A stretch of 64,000 bases of DNA from an uncultured Candidatus Saccharibacteria bacterium (GTDB taxonomy: Bacteria; Patescibacteriota; Minisyncoccia; Phycocordibacterales; UBA2100). The notes beneath the pieces were generated by a model. It saw only the letters and a list, made by a program, of their open reading frames with translations. It was not told where the DNA came from and ran no database searches. This document shows positions 8,375 through 16,522 of the stretch, one piece after another; the stretch's first letter is position 1, and each line of letters starts with the position of its first letter. The stretch lies in contig CAYNRJ010000001.1 of assembly GCA_964399865.1 (NCBI GenBank), positions 202,050 through 266,049 of the forward strand, in the 5' to 3' direction. The translations under genes were made by a program, and so were the position numbers.

Positions 8375-9649
8375 TTATTTCTTTAAGTGCTCAACGATGC
8401 GACTCTCTGGGATAAGCGTCCCTGCTCCATTCCCTCGCGCTGTAACCTCAACGCCCCCTGCTGCCATTGTCTTTTCAGAGACGACTACTCGCATAGGGAT
8501 GCCAATGAGCTCGGCATCAGCGAATTTCTCTCCTGCACGAGTATCGCGATCATCATAGAGCGCCTCTACTCCATTCTCTTTCAGCAATTCGTACAATTTG
8601 TCCGCCTCTTTGACGACCTCAGCGTTTCCTCCGGTGATAGAAATAAGATGCACTGGAAAAGGTGCAACTTCTTTAGGCCAAATAATCCCCTTGTCGTCAG
8701 AAAGCGTTTCAACAACTGTGCCAAGAAGTCGTCCGGGGCCAATACCGTAACAACCCATGATGACCGATTTACTTTCGCCATTTTCATCCTTGAATTTGAG
8801 AGCGAGCGCATCCGAAAAGCGCGTACCGAGCGAGAATATATTCCCGACCTCGATCGCCTTTTTCTCGACTAATTCCTCGCGTTTTATTCCAAGATCCGTA
8901 AGCACAGCATCTTCGAGCACCTCTTTGTTTACCGCCATGCGCTTACCTTCGTGTACGTAGATCAGATCCTCTCCTGCGTCACAGACTGTCTGGAACTCAT
9001 GGCTATACTTCGAGAACGCGCCGCCCGACGCGAACGTGCGGTATGTTTTATCGCCAATTCCTGTCCGCGCATATATTTTTTCATACGCACCGGAGATCTT
9101 CTCGTAGATTCCTTGATGCTCTTCGTTCGTTCGCGCGAAGGAATACATATCCTTCATGATGAATTCGCGCGTGCGCATAATGCCTGACTTTGCACGTGTC
9201 TCGTTGCGGAACTTGTTCTGGAATTGATATGCGGAAAATGGCAAATCTCGATACGAAGAAACGAATTTCTCAGCGATCGAAGTAATATCTTCTTCATGCG
9301 TCCAACCAAAGCCGACCTCGCCGCCAGATTTAAATTCGCTTTTGAACCACACGTCCACATTCTTGTCGCTCCAACGATCCGTCTTCTTCCAAAGCTCAGG
9401 ATCCTGAAGCGAACTCATGAGAACTTCCTGACCACCAACAGCATTCATCTCTTCGCGAATGATGTTCGTAATATTGTTGAGTACTCGCAGTCCAAGCGGC
9501 AGATATGAATAGACACCCGCCATTTCTTTATGGATGAATCCGCCTCGGATCAGGAGCTGAGCGTTTTTCGATACCTCATCTTTCGGAGCGTCCTTTCTTG
9601 TTCGAGTGAATAGTTGTGATTGCCTCATTACAACTATTGTACGGCCCAA
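8375..9649 (-). CDS. proS: prolyl-tRNA synthetase (short form)
   Basis: Class II aaRS core with a ProRS-type N-terminus (NAQLLIRGGFI) and a C-terminal anticodon-binding domain. The start may be the internal Met at 9628. Confidence 0.9.
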   Translation of the reverse strand: MGRTIVVMRQSQLFTRTRKDAPKDEVSKNAQLLIRGGFIHKEMAGVYSYLPLGLRVLNNITNIIREEMNAVGGQEVLMSSLQDPELWKKTDRWSDKNVDVWFKSEFKSGGEVGFGWTHEEDITSIAEKFVSSYRDLPFSAYQFQNKFRNETRAKSGIMRTREFIMKDMYSFARTNEEHQGIYEKISGAYEKIYARTGIGDKTYRTFASGGAFSKYSHEFQTVCDAGEDLIYVHEGKRMAVNKEVLEDAVLTDLGIKREELVEKKAIEVGNIFSLGTRFSDALALKFKDENGESKSVIMGCYGIGPGRLLGTVVETLSDDKGIIWPKEVAPFPVHLISITGGNAEVVKEADKLYELLKENGVEALYDDRDTRAGEKFADAELIGIPMRVVVSEKTMAAGGVEVTARGNGAGTLIPESRIVEHLKK

Positions 9650-9671
9650 ATGTTAAAAGCCAAAATTTGGC

Positions 9672-10757
9672 TTAAGCTATGAGCCTAGCTATATCGTTGT
9701 AGGTCACAAATACCATGAGAAGGATGAGGAATCCTAATCCAAAGACGTTTACGACCCGCATCGCTACAGGCGGAACACCGCGTCGCAGTACTGTCTCTAT
9801 CCCGAGTACAAAGAGTCTCCCACCATCGAGCGCTGGGATTGGTAAGAGGTTAATGATGAAGAGATTGACCGAGATGAACGCTGCGAGCGTTAAGATCGGG
9901 CCTGCACCATTTTCTGCTGCGTCTCCCACTATCCCGACGAGGCCGACAGGCCCCACGATATTTTGAAGTGCAGGAGCTCCGCGCACCGCATCCTTTACCA
10001 TTCCGACAAGTCCCAGCGTTATTGTTTTGAGGGCATTTTTCGTACTTACAAATCCTCCTTTTATAGCTTCGAGAAGTGGGAGCGGTTCGGCTGTTACCAA
10101 GACGAGTGAGATGCCGATAGCCGGTTGATCCGCAGCATTTGGATTCACGGCGTGTGCCGGTCGCACATTAGCGGTTGCTTCAACACCTCCGCGTTCATAT
10201 GAGATCACTATTGATTCACCGCCGCGCTCGCGGACAAAGTCCGTAACTCCCTGGGGAGTGAGAGCCGGCACTTCACCATTCTCGCCTTTTACGCTCGTTA
10301 CTTTATCGCCAGGAATGATGCCTGCACTCGCTGCAGGAGACGAAGGCACAACGTCAGCAACAAGAAGTGAAGCTGGCGCACCTACTGTTGTACTTTCTAC
10401 TACTCTGGGGGTTCCGAGATATAGCGCGACGGAGAAAAGTATCCACGCAATGAGGAGATTCATGAGTACCCCAGCAAAAAGAATGATCGCTTGTACGCCG
10501 CGATTCTTACTTACAAAACTTCCTTTACCTGTTTCCCCCTCTCCCACATCGCCGAATAAACGTACGAACCCGCCAAACGGCAGCCAATTGAATGTATATT
10601 CTGTACCGCCCCATTTTCCAAATGTGAGCGCACGAGGTGGATAGCCGACGCCAAACTCCTCTACCTTTACACCAAATATTTTCGCGGCAAGAAAGTGCCC
10701 TATCTCATGCACGATGATAAGGGAGACCAGGATCGCGATTACGAGCAGAATCGTCAT
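9672..10757 (-). CDS. rseP: RIP metalloprotease RseP (site-2 protease, M50) with PDZ domain
   Basis: HEIGH zinc motif in TM1, a central PDZ region and a C-terminal LDGG motif. Confidence 0.9.
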   Translation of the reverse strand: MTILLVIAILVSLIIVHEIGHFLAAKIFGVKVEEFGVGYPPRALTFGKWGGTEYTFNWLPFGGFVRLFGDVGEGETGKGSFVSKNRGVQAIILFAGVLMNLLIAWILFSVALYLGTPRVVESTTVGAPASLLVADVVPSSPAASAGIIPGDKVTSVKGENGEVPALTPQGVTDFVRERGGESIVISYERGGVEATANVRPAHAVNPNAADQPAIGISLVLVTAEPLPLLEAIKGGFVSTKNALKTITLGLVGMVKDAVRGAPALQNIVGPVGLVGIVGDAAENGAGPILTLAAFISVNLFIINLLPIPALDGGRLFVLGIETVLRRGVPPVAMRVVNVFGLGFLILLMVFVTYNDIARLIA

Positions 10758-11305
10758 GAGCTCATCTCTTTCTCTTTTCCTTCGAAGGCTTTCTCTAATT
10801 CTTCGTTCGCCTTATCTACTTTCTTTTGCAATTCTTCTTTGAGTCGGAATTTTGCGTCCTCAGTGATCGTGCCCTCACGTTCTCGTTCCTGAATGTCCTT
10901 CCACGCCTCGTCGCGCGCGCCGCGAACTGTCGTTCGGGCCTCTTCCAATTTTCCTTTTGCGACTTTCACGAGCTGTTCGCGCCTTTCTGATGTTAATTCT
11001 GGAAATGTAACGCGAATAGAAACTCCATCAGATGATGTGCCGAGTCCTAGGTTTGCGGCTGAAATCGCCCTCTCGATATCTTTAAGAAGTCCCGCATCGA
11101 ATGATTGCACGCGGAGTGTACGCGCATCTTCTACGCCCACATTTGCTACTTGCTTCATTGGCATCATAGAGCCGTAGGCGGAAACTGATACTCCATCGAG
11201 GATTGCGGGTGAAGCACGGCCAGTTCTAATGCCTCGATACTCCCTCGCGAGCCATTCTCGGGCCGCTGCTACCTTCTCATCGAATGTTTTGAAATCGTAA
11301 GTCAT
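10754..11305 (-). CDS. frr: ribosome recycling factor
   Basis: 183-aa protein with full-length RRF similarity; overlaps the rseP start by 4 nt. Confidence 0.93.
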   Translation of the reverse strand: MTYDFKTFDEKVAAAREWLAREYRGIRTGRASPAILDGVSVSAYGSMMPMKQVANVGVEDARTLRVQSFDAGLLKDIERAISAANLGLGTSSDGVSIRVTFPELTSERREQLVKVAKGKLEEARTTVRGARDEAWKDIQEREREGTITEDAKFRLKEELQKKVDKANEELEKAFEGKEKEMSS

Positions 11306-11320
11306 ATGGAGACTAGAATA

Positions 11321-11980
11321 TCATATTCGAGGAATTAAGAGTGCTGTTTGCTCAAGAAGTGGCTTTACGAGAGCGCCTTTATCCATGATGAATTGCCGCG
11401 CCCGATAGAGAGCCTGGAATCCCTCGCGCGACTTTCCCTCCGCCATTTTCTTCTCAAGTGAGGATAGGAATTGAAGGATCCCGGCAATATCCCGCTTATC
11501 ATCGTCTCCCTTTTCAAGAAGCGGCTTTAACATATCTAGCCTCTTTTGCGGCTGAGCCTTTAAAAATGCTCCTGCGTCAATTTCAGGCTCGGTAGTATTT
11601 GCGTTTTTCTTTAGAGGCGGCAACGAATACATCTGTGTCCTTGATCGAAGCGTCCCGAGGAGCGTTATTGGTGAAGGCACGATAATAAAAAACATTGCAT
11701 TGCCTGTCGGCTCTTCGAAAGTCTTGAGGAGTGCGTTCTGCGCTTCTCCTGTCATTCCCGGTGTTGCGATCACAAAGACGCGTACCGTTTTTCCCATCGC
11801 TCCAAGAGAGGATCTCTCGCGAATTTCTCGCGCTTCCTCAGCGCCGAATTGAGGATAGGCACGTATATAGAGATCGGGATTGGCGCGTACGTCTATTCCG
11901 TCCTTCTCGAGTGCCAAAAGTAGCCGAGGGATATCTTCTGCGGTACCTGCGACCAAATTAGTATTCCCCAGAAATGTCAT
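11321..11980 (-). CDS. holB: DNA polymerase III delta-prime-like clamp-loader subunit (short)
   Basis: AAA+ sensor region LLKTFEEP and arginine-finger region SRTQ. It lacks Walker A, as delta-prime does, and is only 219 aa. Confidence 0.55.
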   Translation of the reverse strand: MTFLGNTNLVAGTAEDIPRLLLALEKDGIDVRANPDLYIRAYPQFGAEEAREIRERSSLGAMGKTVRVFVIATPGMTGEAQNALLKTFEEPTGNAMFFIIVPSPITLLGTLRSRTQMYSLPPLKKNANTTEPEIDAGAFLKAQPQKRLDMLKPLLEKGDDDKRDIAGILQFLSSLEKKMAEGKSREGFQALYRARQFIMDKGALVKPLLEQTALLIPRI

Positions 11981-12023
11981 TTAAGCAGTATACCAACGTC
12001 CACATGTAGACTATAGTAGCGCG

Positions 12024-12461
12024 ATGAGAAAAAACCGTATTCGAAAAACTGCCCTTAATGTTACGGAGTGGGTTGGTTCGCCTGCATCTGTATTAGTGCA
12101 CACGGTACTTTTTATACTAAGTTTTCTAGCGGTATATCTAGAGGTAGTGGCGTTGAACGATATGCTGCTCATTTTGACCACGATCGTTTCACTTGAGGCA
12201 ATTTATCTCGCAATATTCATTCAAATGACCCTTAACTACACCTCCGAAGAACTCGGCGAAGTGAGCGAGGACATTGAGGAATTGCAGGAAGACATCGGCG
12301 AGATCCAGGAAGATGTTGAAGAAATGAGTGAGGGCGAAAATTCTGAGGAGGCGGAAGAAGAGTCGCGTAAGGCGGAACAGCGAAAAACGCTTTCTGAAAT
12401 TCAGAGTGACCTTCGAAAACTAATGGAAGATATATCAAAACTTCAGAAGCCGAAACCGTAG
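12024..12461 (+). CDS. DUF1003-like membrane protein with acidic C-terminal tail
   Basis: Two TM helices then a Glu-rich coiled tail; paralogous in its core to the ORF at 30446-30931. Confidence 0.5.
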   Translation: MRKNRIRKTALNVTEWVGSPASVLVHTVLFILSFLAVYLEVVALNDMLLILTTIVSLEAIYLAIFIQMTLNYTSEELGEVSEDIEELQEDIGEIQEDVEEMSEGENSEEAEEESRKAEQRKTLSEIQSDLRKLMEDISKLQKPKP

Positions 12462-12464
12462 TGT

Positions 12465-13481
12465 CTATCGTTTGGTTATTATCGCTTTCTTGTACGCCTC
12501 GAGGTGTTTGAGAGCTTCGCCAGTACCTTTGGCGACACAAAATGGCGCATCTTTTGCGACACGCGCCTTCACTCCTGTGCGGCGGAAGACCAGTTCCGAT
12601 AGATTGCGAAGAAGTGACGATCCTCCTGTCATTATGATTCCGTTGTCTATGATGTCCGCGGCAAGTTCTGGCGGAGTTTCTTGGAGTACGTCCTTTATCG
12701 CATTCACAATGGTCCGAAGCTCTCGACCAATGCCTCGCACGACTTCATTCGTCGTAAATTCGATTGAGCGAGGAAGGCCCGTAAGATGATCGCGTCCCTT
12801 GATCATCATCGAAAGCTCGTCATCGACGGGGGTTGCTGAACCTATTTGTATTTTTATCTCCTCTGCCATCTTTTCTCCGATTGCGAGATTGAAATTCTTT
12901 CTCGCATGATCTGCGATAGCGTGATCTATTGCATTCCCCGCGCATTTTACTGAGGTAGACGCAACGATTCCTCCGAGTGAAATTACTGCAACGTCCGTCG
13001 TTCCTCCACCGATGTCCACGATCATGTGACCACGCGCCTCATGAATTGGGATACCTGCCCCGATTGCAGCGAGGATCGGCTCCTTAACGACATACGCTTC
13101 CCTGGCGCCAGCTTTTGTCGCTGCTTCAACGACTGCACGACGCTCAGTCGAAGTAACACCTGCTGGGACGGAAACCATCACTTCGGGTCGGAAAAGATTC
13201 CATCTCCCTAACGATTTTCGGATGTAATAGCGAAGCATCGCCTCGGTTACTCGATAATCAGCTATGACTCCGTCTTTCATTGGTCGATACGCAATGATCT
13301 CGTCGGGAGTGCGCCCCACCATTTCTTTTGCCTCATTCCCTATCGCAAGAATTTTATTGTCATGCGTCGAGACCGCAACGACTGATGGTTCGTTCAGAAC
13401 GATACCCTTCCCTGGCACGAAGACGAGGACGGTGGTTGTACCGAGATCAATACCGAGCTTAGGAGCAAATGAAAAAGCCAT
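12465..13481 (-). CDS. MreB/Mbl-like actin homolog (second paralog)
   Basis: LGIDLGTTTVLVFV phosphate-1 and DIGGGTTD phosphate-2 motifs; 338 aa. Confidence 0.85.
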   Translation of the reverse strand: MAFSFAPKLGIDLGTTTVLVFVPGKGIVLNEPSVVAVSTHDNKILAIGNEAKEMVGRTPDEIIAYRPMKDGVIADYRVTEAMLRYYIRKSLGRWNLFRPEVMVSVPAGVTSTERRAVVEAATKAGAREAYVVKEPILAAIGAGIPIHEARGHMIVDIGGGTTDVAVISLGGIVASTSVKCAGNAIDHAIADHARKNFNLAIGEKMAEEIKIQIGSATPVDDELSMMIKGRDHLTGLPRSIEFTTNEVVRGIGRELRTIVNAIKDVLQETPPELAADIIDNGIIMTGGSSLLRNLSELVFRRTGVKARVAKDAPFCVAKGTGEALKHLEAYKKAIITKR

Positions 13482-13545
13482 AACGAAAGGACATTATATA
13501 GCGTCCTATCAGTGACGCATAGCAAATGGGGAGAGGAAGCTTTTC

Positions 13546-13860
13546 TTACTGTTTTTTTACGTCTCTTTTGTAACCCTTCGTACCTTTTTCCTTTTCGTAT
13601 TTCTCAGGATTCAGGATGTACCAAAATTTTTTAGAGAAATTTGGCGCGTCGTTGCAAACCCGCTTGATGTAGTAGAGATCTTTGGTGGGTATTTGCTCTA
13701 AGAGTTTACCCATCCGCGGCATTGATATTGGAGGTAACCCATCACGTGAGCGACCCCGGTTTAATTCCGCACAAAAATATCTCATCATTTCTCCCCGCTC
13801 GGTCTCACGAGTGGTACTCGCTGCTCGCTTTATATGTGCGCTGATGTGCTCCACGCTCAT
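13546..13860 (-). CDS. hypothetical basic protein
   Basis: 104-aa ORF with no recognised family; may start at the internal MMRYF. Confidence 0.3.
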   Translation of the reverse strand: MSVEHISAHIKRAASTTRETERGEMMRYFCAELNRGRSRDGLPPISMPRMGKLLEQIPTKDLYYIKRVCNDAPNFSKKFWYILNPEKYEKEKGTKGYKRDVKKQ

Positions 13861-14084
13861 AAGTGTAACGTGTTCCTCAGGGCTATCAAATTTTCACTAA
13901 TATGCTACATTTTCGCGAGTTTCGAACAGGTCAGCGAAGAGACGACAGGGATGTTACCCCTCCCCCTGTGCTCCGCGCTGAGGGGTCGGTCAATTCCTCC
14001 TCTCCCGACCCCCAGGAGGGATTAATCCTCCGCTCACGGCAAGCTCCACCGCCCCCGGGAGCTGCCGGAGCATCCCTCCTGCCT

Positions 14085-14115
14085 CGCTTCTTTGAGTCGC
14101 CCCCAGTGGCGACTC
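14085..14115 (+). terminator. intrinsic terminator just upstream of def
   Basis: Hairpin GAGTCGCC-CCAGT-GGCGACTC followed by TTTCTTTTAG; ends a GC-rich plus-strand segment at 13880-14085. Confidence 0.5.
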
Positions 14116-14145
14116 TTTCTTTTAGGGCTATTGCGCCGTATAGTT

Positions 14146-14697
14146 ATGAAAATGCGAACAATTCTGCCGGAAGTTGAGAATCCGATCCTTCGCGACATCG
14201 CTGCGGACATTCCCCTCGCTGATATAAAAGGCAAAGCCATTCAGAGTCTTATCAAAGACATGAAGGCGCTCCTAGCCAAAGAAGAGCACGGCGTTGCTCT
14301 CGCCGCACCCCAGGTTGGAGAATCAATCCGACTTTTTATTGTGTCGGGTAAAGCTCTCGCTCGAGGCGGACGAAACGCTCCAGATGAACCTGAGCATCAC
14401 GATGATAAGGCACCCGCCCTTCCGGATCAGGTCTACATCAATCCAGAGCTTATAAAAATCTCGCGTGCGAAAAAAGAAAAGCATGAAGGTTGTCTTTCTA
14501 TCCGCGGCAAGTGGGGCATCGTGCCGCGTGCGGAAAAAGCGACCGTTCGCGCGTATGACGAAAAGGGTGTGCGATTTACACGGGGAGCATCTGGTTTCCT
14601 TGCGCACATCTTCCAACACGAAATGGACCACCTAAAGGGTGTCCTTTACACCGATAAATCCGTCGAATTGTACGACGACGAAAAGAGCAATGAATAA
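14146..14697 (+). CDS. def: peptide deformylase
   Basis: GVALAAPQVG, EGCLS and HEMDHL metal-binding motifs. The start is chosen at the internal MKMRT; the ORF track starts at 14092. Confidence 0.9.
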   Translation: MKMRTILPEVENPILRDIAADIPLADIKGKAIQSLIKDMKALLAKEEHGVALAAPQVGESIRLFIVSGKALARGGRNAPDEPEHHDDKAPALPDQVYINPELIKISRAKKEKHEGCLSIRGKWGIVPRAEKATVRAYDEKGVRFTRGASGFLAHIFQHEMDHLKGVLYTDKSVELYDDEKSNE

Positions 14698-15568
14698 GCA
14701 ACCAAAATTCGCCTTTTTCGGCACGCCGCATCTTGCGGCAGTATTCCTCGATGAATTGGAAAAATCAGGACTTACCCCTTCACTTGTAGTAACGACACCA
14801 GACCGGAAACAAGGACGCGGACTAGAGCTTACCGCGCCGCCCGTAAAGAAGTGGGCGGTGGAAAGGAACGTCGATGTGCTTCAGATTGAAACGTGGGATG
14901 AGAGCGCAATAGAAGAGTTGAGGTCCGCGAGTGCGAAAAAAGACATCGATGTATTCGTCGTAATTTACTACGGAAAAATCCTCTCCAAAACGATCTTGGA
15001 TATACCGAAGCGTGGCACATTGAACATTCACTTCTCGTTACTCCCCCGTTGGCGCGGCACTTCTCCTGTCCGCGCGGCGATCTTGAATGATGATCGTGAA
15101 GTTGGTACTTCGATTATCCTTCTCGATGAGAAAATTGATCACGGACCTGTGGTGGCTCAGAAGAAAGTAGCTGTTGAAGAGTGGCCGCCTTCTGCGATAG
15201 ATCTGGAATCCAAGATGACCTACGAGAGCGCGCAGCTTCTCGTCAATATCCTACCGAGCTGGGTACAGGGAGATATCGAGGCTCGTGAGCAGAACCATGA
15301 CCTTGCAACACAGTGCCCTACTCTTGAAAAAGATGATGGTCTCATTTCACTTAAGGATGACGCGTATAAGAATCTCCTCAAAATACGAGCATTTGATACG
15401 ACGATTGGCACTCACGCATTCTTCGAGCGCGATGGGAAAAGAGTCCGCGTTAAGATTCTCGACGCATATCTTGCAAACGGTGCACTGCAGATCGAAGCGG
15501 TGAAGCCCGAAGGTAAACGGGAAATGAAATATGAGGAGTTTTTACGATCAGGAGTACGGCCATTGTAG
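14690..15568 (+). CDS. fmt: methionyl-tRNA formyltransferase
   Basis: Formyltransferase N-domain (HFSLLPRWRG) plus a C-terminal tRNA-binding domain. It overlaps the def stop, and its start is the internal MNKQPKF. Confidence 0.9.
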   Translation: MNKQPKFAFFGTPHLAAVFLDELEKSGLTPSLVVTTPDRKQGRGLELTAPPVKKWAVERNVDVLQIETWDESAIEELRSASAKKDIDVFVVIYYGKILSKTILDIPKRGTLNIHFSLLPRWRGTSPVRAAILNDDREVGTSIILLDEKIDHGPVVAQKKVAVEEWPPSAIDLESKMTYESAQLLVNILPSWVQGDIEAREQNHDLATQCPTLEKDDGLISLKDDAYKNLLKIRAFDTTIGTHAFFERDGKRVRVKILDAYLANGALQIEAVKPEGKREMKYEEFLRSGVRPL

Positions 15569-15599
15569 CGTCCTTGCCTCTATAGAGCGGTGTGTATAG

Positions 15600-15856
15600 A
15601 CTGGAAAAAGATAAGAACACCGGCGTGGTGTGGTGAGGCCACCCAGCCGGCTGTGCGGCAAGTGTGAGCTTGAGCTGGTATTCATGTCTCTATCGCGCCC
15701 GGAGATGTGGAAATTAGTTCGCCCCTACCGCAAACGACGAGGGTCCGTCTCGTTGCCCGGACATCTTGTCGTTCAAGCAGTACGGCGGCGGTTGCTAAGT
15801 CGCTTCCGCCGCCGTACACCTTCATAACCGCCCCTTTCGGCGGTTATACTTTTTTA
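15600..15856 (+). ncRNA. candidate structured GC-rich RNA or 3' UTR element ending at an intrinsic terminator
   Basis: About 250 nt of GC-rich non-coding sequence between fmt and hpf, with multiple internal complementarities. It ends with hairpin ATAACCGCC-CCTTTC-GGCGGTTAT plus ACTTTTTTAA at 15824-15856. No known RNA family was recognised. Confidence 0.25.
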
Positions 15857-16216
15857 ACTTCTCCAAAGAAGATTCTTTATACGCGCACCAACACGACGAG
15901 TGAGACGTAGACCGCGCTGTTTATTCTTGCGCAGCTGACGCTCCACTTCCGCCCTCGCATCATCAATTGCAGCGTTAATACTTTCAGAATTGTTTGTGGC
16001 ACGGACTGGATCCTGACCTGGGACAATCACCTGTATCTCGGCAAACCATAAATTCTTTCCGTGACGCGCTTTCCCTGCCGCACGGCCAAGCTCTACTTCA
16101 AAACGAACGTGCGGCGCTCCCCCAAGGAGTTTCTCAATTGCTACTAATCTTGTTTCTAAATAGTTTCTAGCTTCTTCAGTGAGCTCATAATCCGTTGCTT
16201 TGATGCGTATATCCAT
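15854..16216 (-). CDS. hpf: ribosome hibernation promoting factor (RaiA/HPF family)
   Basis: 120 aa; the YELTEEARNYLETRL N-terminus and beta-alpha-beta fold are typical of sigma-54 modulation protein/HPF. Confidence 0.88.
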   Translation of the reverse strand: MDIRIKATDYELTEEARNYLETRLVAIEKLLGGAPHVRFEVELGRAAGKARHGKNLWFAEIQVIVPGQDPVRATNNSESINAAIDDARAEVERQLRKNKQRGLRLTRRVGARIKNLLWRS

Positions 16217-16220
16217 ATTT

Positions 16221-16508
16221 TTATTTTATCACACGAAGTACTTTACTCCCCTTCTGGTGACCCGAGATAATTCGTACCGAACTAGGAGGAACATAGTAGT
16301 GACGCGCTATTAAGACTCGCAATCGATCATTCGCCGCATTATCCTCGGCCTTCTCCTTCACATGCACGACAAACTCGTCTCTTACCGCCTTTCCAAAATC
16401 TGATTTACCAGGATTAACACCCTTCGCAGTCTGGACCACACTTTCTCTTCTTGCTCCGGCATTTACTTTGGCTCGAATTAACATGACTTTTTCAAGTATC
16501 GGATACAC
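16221..16508 (-). CDS. DUF167 (YggU-like) protein
   Basis: The C-terminal region NDRLRVLIARHYYVPPSSVRIISGHQKGSKV matches the DUF167 consensus. The start may be the internal Met at 16484. Confidence 0.65.
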   Translation of the reverse strand: MYPILEKVMLIRAKVNAGARRESVVQTAKGVNPGKSDFGKAVRDEFVVHVKEKAEDNAANDRLRVLIARHYYVPPSSVRIISGHQKGSKVLRVIK

Positions 16509-16522
16509 TGATGAAGTTCTAG

